From a virus (Duplodnaviria > Caudoviricetes): a stretch of DNA of 41,831 nucleotides. How positions within the stretch are numbered: position 1 is the first letter of the stretch; the number at the start of each line of letters is the position of its first letter. The notes below the pieces were generated by a model, which saw only the letters and a program-made list of their open reading frames with translations, had not been told where the DNA came from and did not search any database. Both the position numbers and the translations under genes were made by a program. Of the stretch, positions 1 through 9,025 are shown piece after piece. Location of the stretch: positions 1 to 41,831 of IMG/VR virus record IMGVR_UViG_3300027772_001925; one strand, 5' to 3'.

Positions 1-29
1 TGGCCCATTAACCCTATTAACTAAATCAA

Positions 30-1076
30 ATGAAAATAGCAGTTTACGCTATCAGTAAAAACGAAGAACAATTTGTTGAACGTTTCTGCAAGTCAGCTAT
101 AGATGCTGATCTAATCCTAATTGCAGACACAGGCTCTACTGACAATACAGTCGCAGAGGCCAAAAAGTACGGTGCTGAAGTATATAGTATCTCGGTACGT
201 CCTTGGCGTTTTGACAAAGCTCGTGACACAGCCCTTAACTTAATTCCGGGTGACTACGATGTCTGCATTAGCTTAGACTTAGACGAAGTCTTAGAACCAG
301 GTTGGCGTGAAGAAATTGAACGAGTATGGAAACCAGAAACTACCAGATTGCGTTACAAATTTGACTGGGGTCAAGGCATTAGTTTCTTTTATGAAAAAAT
401 TCATCATCGCACAGGATACCACTGGCATCATCCAGTGCATGAATATCCCAGACCTGATAATCGTACTAACGAAAAGTACGCTCACACGGATATGTTGTTG
501 GTCACGCATTTACCAGATAATACTAAGTCTCGTGGTCAATATATGCCACTCTTAGAACTGGCAATTGCTGAAGACCCACACTGTCCTCGTAATGCTTTTT
601 ACCACGCACGTGAACTAACTTTTTATTCACGCTGGAAAGAAGCTATTGAGTACTTAAACAAATATTTAGCAATGCCAGAAGCCACTTGGCAAAATGAGCG
701 TTGCTATGCTTATAGATTGTTAGGCAAATGCTATTCTCAACTCGGCAACTTGCCACAATCAATCAAAATGTATCGACTAGCGGTAGCAGAAGCACCTGGT
801 ACACGAGAGCCTTGGGTTGAATTAGCACAAATTGCTTATAGTACCCAAAACTGGACAGAGTGTTATAGTGCAGCTAAATCAGCACTAAACATTCAGGATA
901 AAGCCCTAGTGTACACAATGGACCCAACAGTCTGGACAGAACGTCCGTACGATCTTGCAAGTATTGCTGCTTGGAATTTAGGACTAAAGTCAGAAGCAGC
1001 TGAGCTTACAAAGAAAGCCTTAGAGATTGCTCCAAACAATGAGCGATTGCAGAATAACCTTAAATATATGACTTAA
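30..1076 (+). CDS. Glycosyltransferase family 2 with C-terminal TPR repeats
   Basis: GT-A motifs (IAVYAISKNEE, IADTGSTDNT, SLDLDE DxD-like, HPVHE) followed by TPR-like helices (AYRLLGKCYSQLG...YRLAVAEAP; KALEIAPNN). Confidence 0.9.
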   Translation: MKIAVYAISKNEEQFVERFCKSAIDADLILIADTGSTDNTVAEAKKYGAEVYSISVRPWRFDKARDTALNLIPGDYDVCISLDLDEVLEPGWREEIERVWKPETTRLRYKFDWGQGISFFYEKIHHRTGYHWHHPVHEYPRPDNRTNEKYAHTDMLLVTHLPDNTKSRGQYMPLLELAIAEDPHCPRNAFYHARELTFYSRWKEAIEYLNKYLAMPEATWQNERCYAYRLLGKCYSQLGNLPQSIKMYRLAVAEAPGTREPWVELAQIAYSTQNWTECYSAAKSALNIQDKALVYTMDPTVWTERPYDLASIAAWNLGLKSEAAELTKKALEIAPNNERLQNNLKYMT

Positions 1077-1077
1077 T

Positions 1078-1494
1078 ATGTGGATACTACAGTTTTTACC
1101 CAATTGGCTATTTTTTGTGCTATTCTTTGCATCCTTAGCAGCATTTTTAGCGGTTAAGTTTCTTAAGTTTTTACCGCATGGCGAACTCATTCAAGCAGGT
1201 AGCATTGCTCTAGCACTATTCTCAATTTTTATGATTGGGGCTATAAGCAATAACGACGCATGGTTAGCTCGTGTCAAAGAATTGGAAACAAAAGTTGCGC
1301 AAGCAGAAGCACAAAGTGCAACAATTAACACCGATATTGTGGAAAAAACAGTAGTAAAAACTCAAGTAATCCGTGAACGTGGCAAAGATATTGTAAAGTA
1401 CGTAGATCGTGAAGTGGTTAAACATGATGTTAACTGTGTGATTCCCAAAGAGTTTGTTACAATACATAATCAAGCAGCAGAGGCACCAAAATGA
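1078..1494 (+). CDS. Inner-membrane spanin (Rz-like), copy 1
   Basis: N-terminal TM segments, coiled-coil periplasmic part, C-terminal CVIP; 4-nt overlap with downstream lipoprotein; paralog of 3346..3792. Confidence 0.75.
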   Translation: MWILQFLPNWLFFVLFFASLAAFLAVKFLKFLPHGELIQAGSIALALFSIFMIGAISNNDAWLARVKELETKVAQAEAQSATINTDIVEKTVVKTQVIRERGKDIVKYVDREVVKHDVNCVIPKEFVTIHNQAAEAPK

Positions 1495-1685
1495 AATCTT
1501 TAGCAATTGCACTAGTTTTCCTACTTAGTGCTTGTTCTACAACTGTGCCAGTTACAGCAAAATTTCCACAAGCTCCAGGTAAATTAGTACAAGAACCTTG
1601 TCCTAATTTACAAAAATTGCAAGATGAAGCCAAATTGTCAGATGTGGCAAAAACTGTAACAGTTAATTATACCGAATACTATTAG
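1491..1685 (+). pseudogene. Outer-membrane spanin lipoprotein (Rz1-like), copy 1, C-terminally truncated
   Basis: Lipobox LSAC; aligns with 3789..4055 up to TVNYTEYY then stops, lacking the last 25 aa including a Cys. Confidence 0.65.
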
Positions 1686-1769
1686 GTGAACGCTTTATGA
1701 TAGGCCCTACTATAGCAACAACAAGTTTATTTATTCGCCCACTAGATTACACCGGTGGTTAATAAACTC

Positions 1770-1808
1770 AAAAAAAGTTCTTGGTACAAGTATACCAAGA
1801 ACTTTTTT
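1770..1808. terminator. Rho-independent terminator, likely bidirectional
   Basis: aaaaaagttcttggta / taccaagaactttttt inverted repeat with A and T tracts. Confidence 0.75.
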
Positions 1809-1912
1809 AAATATTAAAATTTTAACAAAACTGTTTGTTAATTCTCATTATTCAGGATAGTTAACTAAGTTAAAAATCCTTCTTTTATAAAAAACTTTTT
1901 TGGAAAACAAAA

Positions 1913-2650
1913 ATGGAAACAGATTGCCCCGTAGAAGCTCAATATAAAGAGGTTAACTTAGCTAACCATCTTTTGGCTATAAAATTAGCTAATTTAGGTC
2001 CAGCAGATCCACGTCAACCTAATACCCTATACTGGGGTGATAAAATGGCTTTATGGATGGTGGAAGAGGGTCAGGCACGCACACAATTATGTATGAATTG
2101 TGGATACTATGACTCAAGCCCAGAAATGCTACAGTGTATTGCTACCGGCGAAGGCGGAACACTAAAACCTAGCGAACTACCAGTTGAACCAAAGTGGGCA
2201 GATATTTCTGGAATGCCTTCTGCAATTTGTACTCGTTGGAATATTACTTGCTCAGCACTTCGCACTTGCGATGACTGGGAAGCATATGAACATGAATCAG
2301 AATATGAAACTGAAACTGAAACTGAAACTGAAACTCCAGCACAAGCCGTAGACTCAATGCCAGTAACTTACCAAACAGATAAAAGTTCAGTAGAAAAAGC
2401 AGTCGACCTAAAAAGAGGTGACAGTGTAAGCTGGAATAGTAGTGGTGGCACTGCTCGTGGTAAGATTACTAAAATTATTACTAATGGTAGTGAACAAGTA
2501 CCTGACAGTAGTTTTACTATTACTGGTACTCCAGAAGATCCAGGTGCTCTTATTAGACTTTATCGGGAGTTAGATGGTGAATATAAACCAACTGATACTA
2601 TTGTAGGACATAAAGTAAAAACTTTAACAAAAATTCCTTCACTAACATAA
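1913..2650 (+). CDS. Two-domain protein: Cys-rich N-terminal domain plus C-terminal Tudor/SH3-like (DUF2945/Hva1-like) domain
   Basis: CMNC...C...C...C...C cluster; acidic ET linker; LKRGDSVSWNSSGGTARGKI...GTPEDPGALI...VGHK motif recalled from DUF2945-like domains. Confidence 0.6.
   Translation: METDCPVEAQYKEVNLANHLLAIKLANLGPADPRQPNTLYWGDKMALWMVEEGQARTQLCMNCGYYDSSPEMLQCIATGEGGTLKPSELPVEPKWADISGMPSAICTRWNITCSALRTCDDWEAYEHESEYETETETETETPAQAVDSMPVTYQTDKSSVEKAVDLKRGDSVSWNSSGGTARGKITKIITNGSEQVPDSSFTITGTPEDPGALIRLYRELDGEYKPTDTIVGHKVKTLTKIPSLT
2306..2335 (+). repeat. (GAAACT)5 in-frame microsatellite encoding ETETETETET
   Basis: Five perfect hexamer copies. Confidence 0.9.
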
Positions 2651-2662
2651 ACAGAGGTACGT

Positions 2663-3346
2663 ATGATCAATCATTATGATAGTATTATAAAAGAGCTAGA
2701 ACGATTGGAAAGTATAGTAGAAATACTACTAGATAATACAGAAACTTCTAATAAAGAAGTTAAAATGTATAAACCCACAGACGGCATGGCAGCAGCAGCT
2801 GTTCGTGCTTTAAAGTGGCGTGAAGAAGGTTATCAAGGCGGTACCATGGTAGGTCTTGCTAGAGCCAATCAATTAAAGAATAAAGAAAATCTTTCCGAAA
2901 GCACAGTATTAAGAATGTACAGCTTTTTTAGTCGCCATGCAGTAGATAAGCAGGCAACTGGATTTTCAAGTGGAGAAGAAGGCTTTCCAAGTAAAGGCCG
3001 CGTAGCTTGGGATCTATGGGGCGGGGATCCTGGGGAATCATGGTCACAACAAAAACGTGATCAAATAATGCGGGACAGAGAAGGTAAATCATTAGACTTA
3101 GCAAAGCTAATTGTAAAAGGTTCTGTATCTGTAACAACCAGAATGGCTGCAGCTCAAACCCTAGAAGATTACGCAAATGAAAATATTAGCGAAGAAATAG
3201 AAGCATTTGGTCAATTTATGTATCATGCCGAGCTATTACGAAATGACCATTTAGATGTATATTTAATTGATCTACATATGGTAGACCAACCTTATCGTGA
3301 TATGCTAGTTAATGTATTTAGCACTTTTCATAATATGGAGTCATAA
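2663..3346 (+). CDS. Phage protein with a conserved PTxxMA..ARAxQL..RMYSFFSRH..AWxLWGG domain
   Basis: Motif recalled as an accessory domain of phage portal/prohead-protease proteins; RBS agagg. Confidence 0.6.
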   Translation: MINHYDSIIKELERLESIVEILLDNTETSNKEVKMYKPTDGMAAAAVRALKWREEGYQGGTMVGLARANQLKNKENLSESTVLRMYSFFSRHAVDKQATGFSSGEEGFPSKGRVAWDLWGGDPGESWSQQKRDQIMRDREGKSLDLAKLIVKGSVSVTTRMAAAQTLEDYANENISEEIEAFGQFMYHAELLRNDHLDVYLIDLHMVDQPYRDMLVNVFSTFHNMES

Positions 3347-3792
3347 TGTGGATAATGAATTTTTTACCTAGTTGGATTTTTCACTTATTATTTATAGCAG
3401 GTGTCTTAGCTTTAGTAGCTAGTTTTGTGTTAAAAGCTGTACCACTTTTAACACAGTATAGAATACCAGTTCAAATAGCAGCAGTAGCAGCTATTTTAAT
3501 AGCCACCTGGTTTGAAGGAGCTATTAGTAATCAAAATGCTTGGGTAGCCAGAGTTAAAGAAATGGAAGCTAAAGTAGCTAAAGCAGAAGAGCAATCTCAG
3601 CAAGTTAATACTGTGATCAAAGAAAAAATAGTTAAACAAATAGAAGTTGTTAAAACTAGAGGTGACGATGTAATTCGTTATGTTGATAGAGAGATTATAA
3701 AATATGATACAAAGTTTGCAGCGGGTGGACAGTGTGAAATACCTGCAGAATTTATCAAAGCACATAATCAGGCAGCGGAGAAAGTAAAATGA
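3346..3792 (+). CDS. Inner-membrane spanin (Rz-like), copy 2
   Basis: TM segments, coiled coil, CEIP; overlaps downstream lipoprotein; precedes endolysin. Confidence 0.8.
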   Translation: MWIMNFLPSWIFHLLFIAGVLALVASFVLKAVPLLTQYRIPVQIAAVAAILIATWFEGAISNQNAWVARVKEMEAKVAKAEEQSQQVNTVIKEKIVKQIEVVKTRGDDVIRYVDREIIKYDTKFAAGGQCEIPAEFIKAHNQAAEKVK

Positions 3793-4055
3793 AATATTTA
3801 CTATTATCTTTACTACTTTTAACAGGTTGTTCAACTACTGTACCAGTTACAGCAAAGTTTCCACAAGCTCCAGGATTACAGTCTCAAACACCGTGCCCTA
3901 ACCTTAAAAAGTTAGAAGAAGGTGTTCAATTATCTGATATAGCTAAAACTATTACTGTTAACTACACAGAGTACTATACTTGTGCTGTTAAACTCGATGC
4001 TTGGATTGAATGGTATGCCAAGCAAAAAATTATTTTTGAGGGAGTTGGTAAATGA
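3789..4055 (+). CDS. Outer-membrane spanin lipoprotein (Rz1-like), copy 2, intact
   Basis: Lipobox LTGC, Pro-rich segment, two further Cys; coupled to i-spanin and endolysin. Confidence 0.8.
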   Translation: MKYLLLSLLLLTGCSTTVPVTAKFPQAPGLQSQTPCPNLKKLEEGVQLSDIAKTITVNYTEYYTCAVKLDAWIEWYAKQKIIFEGVGK

Positions 4056-4675
4056 ATTTAACGCTAACACAATTAAAACAGTTGTTACCTAAAAATCCTT
4101 ATGTTGAGCAATGGCATAATGCACTGGAACAACTACTACCAGAGTATGAGATTAATACTCCTCAACGTATTGCAGCATTTATTGCTCAGTGTGCACATGA
4201 GTCAGGCGGCTTTACTGCACTTAAAGAAAATCTTAACTATAAAGCAGCCACTCTTAGAAAAATATTTCCAAAGTATTTTCCTGATGAGGATACAGCTCAG
4301 CACTATGCCAATCTTCCAAACAAGCAGCAAGCTATAGCTAATAAGGTATACGCTAATCGTATGGGAAATGGTGACGAAAATTCAGGAGATGGATTCCGTT
4401 ATTGTGGAAGAGGTTTAATACAGTTAACAGGTAAGGACAATTATACCTGGTTTGCAGCAAGTTTAAGTATTCCAGTAGAAGAAGCCTCGGAATATCTTCA
4501 AACATTTGAAGGAGCAGCACAGAGTGCGTGCTGGTTCTGGGAAACCAATAAGTTAAATCAGTGGGCAGATGCTGGTGATATTGTTACTTTAACTAAAAGA
4601 ATTAATGGTGGTACTATAGGTCTAGAAGATCGTAAAAAACATTATGAACATGCGTTACATGTATTAGGAGTTTAA
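4052..4675 (+). CDS. Endolysin, glycoside hydrolase family 19
   Basis: RIAAFIAQCAHESGGF, ENLNY, YANRMGNG, GRGLIQLTGKDNY, TKRINGGTIGLEDR. Confidence 0.95.
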   Translation: MNLTLTQLKQLLPKNPYVEQWHNALEQLLPEYEINTPQRIAAFIAQCAHESGGFTALKENLNYKAATLRKIFPKYFPDEDTAQHYANLPNKQQAIANKVYANRMGNGDENSGDGFRYCGRGLIQLTGKDNYTWFAASLSIPVEEASEYLQTFEGAAQSACWFWETNKLNQWADAGDIVTLTKRINGGTIGLEDRKKHYEHALHVLGV

Positions 4676-4676
4676 T

Positions 4677-5774
4677 ATGATTAAAAAAGTTTTAGCAGGT
4701 TTATTAATAGTAAATAGTGTGGGTGCTCAAACTCTTATTAATCAAGGTACGTACGATTCAAAATCACTAGTAGATACAAACTCTACTAGTGTTTCTACAA
4801 GTACCGTTAATACTAACTCAAATACTACTAGTAATTCGAATTCAACCAGTACTTCAGCAGTAAATTCAACTAGCTTAAATACTAATAATAACAATAATAG
4901 TAGTACTTCTGTTAATACTAATAATAATGTTAACTCAGGTACAGTTACTAATAATAACAATAATGTTAACTCAGGTACACTAACCTATAATAACAATAAT
5001 GTTAACTCAGGAACTATGACTTACAATAATAATAATGTAAGTACAAATGTAAATACTAATAATAATATTAATTCAGGGACTATGACTTATAACAATAATA
5101 ATGTTAATCAGTCAACAGCAACTAATAATAATGTTAATACCGGTGATATGACTAATCGTAATATTAATAGTTCAACCTCGACGAATAATAATATTCAATC
5201 TGGTTCAATGACTAATATTAATCAGAATAATAATTCTAGCACTTCAACTGCAACAAACGTTAATCAAAACACCAGCGCTAATACTAATGTTAATCAAAAT
5301 ATTAACAGTGGTGAAATGACTAATCGTAATATTAATGAGTCAACAGTTACTCAAAAAGTAATTCAACCACCACCAACTGCAGTTGCCCCCACGATGATGA
5401 GTGGCGGAAATGCAGACTTATGCTCAACAGGCACTTCAGGCTCAGTACAAACACAAATATTTGGTGTTTCAGGTGGCGGAACAACCCGTGATATGAACTG
5501 TGAACGCTTAAAGTTATCAAAAACTTTATATGACATGGGAATGAAAGTAGCTGCAGTTGCTACAATGTGTCAAGACCGTAGAGTATTTGATGCTATGATT
5601 GCTGCTGGAACGCCTTGTCCTTATGAAGGTAAAATAGGTGAGCAAGCTAAACTTGCTTGGGATACAAACCCTGATAAGATACCTAAACTAGAAAAAGAGG
5701 AGATGGTCGATGACACTACTAAGAAAATTGGTCTTGGTGCTCTGCTTGGGGCTCTTGTCTTTAAATTATTCTAA
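4677..5774 (+). CDS. Secreted Asn/Thr/Ser-rich repeat protein with Cys-containing C-terminal domain
   Basis: Signal peptide MIKKVLAGLLIVNSVGA; NNNNVNSGTMTY-type repeats; four-Cys C-terminal domain; hydrophobic C-tail. Confidence 0.8.
   Translation: MIKKVLAGLLIVNSVGAQTLINQGTYDSKSLVDTNSTSVSTSTVNTNSNTTSNSNSTSTSAVNSTSLNTNNNNNSSTSVNTNNNVNSGTVTNNNNNVNSGTLTYNNNNVNSGTMTYNNNNVSTNVNTNNNINSGTMTYNNNNVNQSTATNNNVNTGDMTNRNINSSTSTNNNIQSGSMTNINQNNNSSTSTATNVNQNTSANTNVNQNINSGEMTNRNINESTVTQKVIQPPPTAVAPTMMSGGNADLCSTGTSGSVQTQIFGVSGGGTTRDMNCERLKLSKTLYDMGMKVAAVATMCQDRRVFDAMIAAGTPCPYEGKIGEQAKLAWDTNPDKIPKLEKEEMVDDTTKKIGLGALLGALVFKLF
4914..5110 (+). repeat. Imperfect ~36-bp tandem repeats encoding 12-aa NNNNVNSGT(V/L/M)T(N/Y)
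   Basis: aataatgttaactcagg recurs at 36-nt spacing three times, with degenerate copies downstream. Confidence 0.85.
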
Positions 5775-7383
5775 TGCACAAACAATAGATACAACAGGTA
5801 ATATTGTTGATAATAATACATGGAATAATGCAGTATATCAAAATCAACTAACTTGCTGGGCCTCGGGAGATCCTGGATATTGTGGACCAAATCCCATAGT
5901 ACGTCCAGGCGGTAATATAAATTTTAGTTATGGTACTGCTGATTTATATCAGATTAAGGCTATATCAAGTGTATTACCAAACTCAGCAACTGGACTACAA
6001 GTTAATGGATTTACTTTTGGATTTACTGCTAAAAATGGTAATGGGTGGGATAATGGTCAACAAGACTATTTATCAGCATATGTAACCCTATATAATAAAA
6101 CAGGTGCTGTAGCTGCTGAGTACGATTATACCGCTTATACCAATCAGAGGTATAACTGGAGAACTTTTAGTTTCTCCGAAACTTTTGCTACTCCTTACGC
6201 AGCGCCTGAACTATCAAATGTTAGATATGGTTTAATAGGTAGAGACAGTAATGGCTGGGCTGGACCTTATGGACCTGAAGTATATGGAGTTAACTTTTCG
6301 TTAAAATACTCAGTAGATCCTTGTGCAACAAATACTTTTTACAGTCCAAGTTGTGCAGGTTACTTTGATGCACTAGCTAAACTAGCCCCTAAATCTAGTA
6401 ATAACACTGATACTACATTAGCATATACTCCTGCTCCTGATAGTCCAGAACTGCCACCTCCACCACCCGGAGCACCTCCACCACCTGGTCAAAATGGACC
6501 GCCTCCACCTTCTGGAGCACCTCCTCCATCTGGTAGCCCTCCGCCACAGCAAGCTTCACAACAAGCAGCTTCTACACCTGTAAATAGTAGTGCACCGCAA
6601 GAAAAGTCTGCGGGAGGCACACCAAATCTAGGCTTTGCTCTTTCCCTAGTAGCTAAAAACTCAGATCGTGAAAAGGCTATATCGCAGCAAGCAGTAGCTA
6701 CTTCAATAGCAGAAGCACAAGCAGCAGGTGACCGTGCGCAACAAGTTGGTACTTCAACAGCTAGTGCAGCAGTATCTGCAAGTACCACAAGTGCAGAAAC
6801 TGCATTTACTGGCTCAGGATTGCAGGTTACAAGTTCGAGTACCAGATCTAGTACATTATTAGTTAACGAAACTCAGCAAGCAAGTTTAAACTTATTGCAA
6901 AATACGCAAAGTTTTAATAGCGCATCTAATACTCAACAAAATGCGGGTTCTCAATTATTAGCTCCCGTTACTGTTGAACAGATACAAAGTACACAAAATC
7001 AAAGTATATTTAGTGTACAACAGTATAGTCAGCAAGAGGCAGAACAAGTAAGCCAACAAATTAGTTTTTTAACTGATTTAAATAATCCTCTTAAGCAACT
7101 TATAGAATCTCAACAGATTCAGCAGGCTCAACAGGATCAACCTCAACAATCTCAACGTCGTGATATTGCACCAAATGAATTAGCAACTGGTGTTAATTTA
7201 GCACAAATAGCAGTAGTTCCTCAAGGCTACGCTAGTTACACGAATTTTATCTTGCGTGATGCAAGTTTTTATGAACCACGGGAAGTTTACAAAAATCAGA
7301 TAGTTATAGATAATGTTAGAGTTTTACGCGGTTTAGGGTCAGATCGTAAGCATCAAGACTTAATAAACTTGCAATATAAATAG
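5710..7383 (+). CDS. Large secreted protein: aromatic-rich beta-like N-terminal domain, Pro-rich and Ser/Gln-rich linkers
   Basis: Signal peptide; Cys pairs; PPPPPGAPPPP; QQ-rich C-terminal half. Confidence 0.75.
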   Translation: MTLLRKLVLVLCLGLLSLNYSNAQTIDTTGNIVDNNTWNNAVYQNQLTCWASGDPGYCGPNPIVRPGGNINFSYGTADLYQIKAISSVLPNSATGLQVNGFTFGFTAKNGNGWDNGQQDYLSAYVTLYNKTGAVAAEYDYTAYTNQRYNWRTFSFSETFATPYAAPELSNVRYGLIGRDSNGWAGPYGPEVYGVNFSLKYSVDPCATNTFYSPSCAGYFDALAKLAPKSSNNTDTTLAYTPAPDSPELPPPPPGAPPPPGQNGPPPPSGAPPPSGSPPPQQASQQAASTPVNSSAPQEKSAGGTPNLGFALSLVAKNSDREKAISQQAVATSIAEAQAAGDRAQQVGTSTASAAVSASTTSAETAFTGSGLQVTSSSTRSSTLLVNETQQASLNLLQNTQSFNSASNTQQNAGSQLLAPVTVEQIQSTQNQSIFSVQQYSQQEAEQVSQQISFLTDLNNPLKQLIESQQIQQAQQDQPQQSQRRDIAPNELATGVNLAQIAVVPQGYASYTNFILRDASFYEPREVYKNQIVIDNVRVLRGLGSDRKHQDLINLQYK

Positions 7384-7391
7384 GAGTTAGT

Positions 7392-7970
7392 ATGGCGGAA
7401 GACCTAAACAAAAAAGTTGACCAACTAGAAGCTGCAACTAAAAAATATGCATCTAAAGATACTGTTATTAGTATTGGTGGATATGAATTTACACCAGCTA
7501 AATTAATGGTAGCCGCAACTATTGTTTCATCTATACTTGGTGGCCTTTATGGTACATTTGAAGTATACAAAGACTACATTGGCATGAAGAAAAAGATTGC
7601 AGAGTATTCTGCTCCTGATTTATCCGATTTTGACAAGCGTTTAGCGGTAATAGAGGAAAATAGTGCAAAGACTAGTGACTATACCAGAGATATTAAAACC
7701 GATTTAAAGAATGACTTACGTCGTAATGAATCAGTTACTGAGCAAGTAGAGCGTAGCGTTAAGTCAGCTCAACGTGAAACTGAAACTGAAATGCGTGAAA
7801 TGCGTAAAGCAGTTCGTGAAGATCTTGAAAAAGCACGTAATGAAGCTAATACAATCCGTAGAGAGATGGCGGATGCGCGTAGAGAAATAGAGCGTGAAGT
7901 AGTTCAACTCAAAAAAGAAGTAGATAGCAAGATACAGAAAGCTATAGACAATCCTTTAGCTAACAAATAA
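7392..7970 (+). CDS. Single-TM coiled-coil membrane protein
   Basis: RBS aggag; TM LMVAATIVSSILGGLYG; long charged heptad-rich region. Confidence 0.75.
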   Translation: MAEDLNKKVDQLEAATKKYASKDTVISIGGYEFTPAKLMVAATIVSSILGGLYGTFEVYKDYIGMKKKIAEYSAPDLSDFDKRLAVIEENSAKTSDYTRDIKTDLKNDLRRNESVTEQVERSVKSAQRETETEMREMRKAVREDLEKARNEANTIRREMADARREIEREVVQLKKEVDSKIQKAIDNPLANK

Positions 7971-8098
7971 TGTCAGCTATATTTATTACCTTTATTCTAG
8001 CATACGCTAAACCAGAATACGAATGTGTCAGATGGACATGGTCTGGTGATGTGTATAATCGAAAGGTAGTTTGCTTAGAATGGAGAAAACGCAAATGA
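7970..8098 (+). CDS. Small Cys-pair peptide, 42 aa (MSAIFITFILAYAKPEYECVRWTWSGDVYNRKVVCLEWRKRK)
   Basis: Read manually; TAATG coupling upstream and ATGA overlap downstream. Confidence 0.65.
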   Translation: MSAIFITFILAYAKPEYECVRWTWSGDVYNRKVVCLEWRKRK

Positions 8099-8592
8099 TA
8101 GATCCAATTACAGCACTGGCGGGTATTACATCCGCTATTAGCATGGTTAAAAAGGCAGCAAAAGTTGCCAATGATCTAGGATCTTTAGCACCTATGATTG
8201 CTAAACTTTTTGACGCTAAAAGTACTGCTACTAAAGCATTAGCTGAAGCTAAAAAGTCTAAAAAAGCCTCTAACATGGGTACGGCTCTTCAAATTGAAAT
8301 GGCACTAGATCAAGCCGCTACTTTTGAAAGAGAATTACAGCTATTGTTTATGCAAGCTGGTAAAATAGACGTGTGGAATAAGATTAAAAATCGTCAGGCG
8401 GCAATGGACAGAGACGATGCTAAAGAGATAATTACCTCTAAAGCTGAGGAAAAAAGACGTAAAGCCAAAGAAGAAGAAATGGGTCAAATTGCTATGGCAA
8501 TTGGAGCAGTATTTTTTGTTTCATTTTTAATTTTTGTAGGCATATATGAATTAGTACAATTTTGCCAAACAACCGGTAGGTGTGGAAGATGA
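8095..8592 (+). CDS. Helical membrane-anchored hypothetical protein (MIDPITALA...)
   Basis: Start reassigned to ATG 8095 by ATGA coupling; C-terminal TM. Confidence 0.7.
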   Translation: MIDPITALAGITSAISMVKKAAKVANDLGSLAPMIAKLFDAKSTATKALAEAKKSKKASNMGTALQIEMALDQAATFERELQLLFMQAGKIDVWNKIKNRQAAMDRDDAKEIITSKAEEKRRKAKEEEMGQIAMAIGAVFFVSFLIFVGIYELVQFCQTTGRCGR

Positions 8593-8738
8593 ATGAAGAT
8601 CAAAAAGCTTTTGATTTAACATTAAAATTACTAATATATGGAATCGCAGCAATATATTTTCTTAACCTTTTAGAGGTTTTGCCAAACGATATAGCAGATA
8701 AAGTTGTTAATTTACTATTAGGGAAAGTTGGCTTATAA
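8589..8738 (+). CDS. Small membrane protein, 49 aa (MNEDQKAFDLTLKLLIYGIAAIYFL...)
   Basis: Read manually; ATGA overlap with upstream stop; one TM. Confidence 0.6.
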   Translation: MNEDQKAFDLTLKLLIYGIAAIYFLNLLEVLPNDIADKVVNLLLGKVGL

Positions 8739-8740
8739 AA

Positions 8741-9025
8741 ATGCATAATGATTTAAAACTATTTAAATGGGCACTAGTATTACTACTATTACCATTAGGA
8801 CTGGCATTCTGTGGGGGAGATAGGTTCAGATACCCTTGCCAAGACCCAGATAACTGGGAAAAGGATTTTTGTAAATTACCAAAATGTGATGTAACAAGAA
8901 CTTGTCCAGAACATATATTTAAGGGACAAAGAGACCCAAGACTAGGACCACCTACTACAAGAGTAGAGCCTATAGCTATATCACAATGTACAACACCCAC
9001 ACAAGGAGCTAACTGTGGAAAATAA
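8741..9025 (+). CDS. Cys-rich exported protein (DRFRYPCQDP motif)
   Basis: Hydrophobic N-terminus ending LAFC; several conserved-looking Cys. Confidence 0.65.
   Translation: MHNDLKLFKWALVLLLLPLGLAFCGGDRFRYPCQDPDNWEKDFCKLPKCDVTRTCPEHIFKGQRDPRLGPPTTRVEPIAISQCTTPTQGANCGK

Noticed and set aside
1683-1700. Stop-codon readthrough or alternative genetic code rescuing the truncated o-spanin
   Set aside because: Sequence after the TAG (VNAL*) has no similarity to copy 2; no suppressor tRNA is present; long genes read normally in the standard code
4914-5340. Repeats as a CRISPR array
   Set aside because: In-frame coding repeats with no unique spacers and no cas genes
4742-6788. Minus-strand ORFs 4742..4960 and 6489..6788
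   Set aside because: Antisense shadows of low-complexity Asn and Pro repeats
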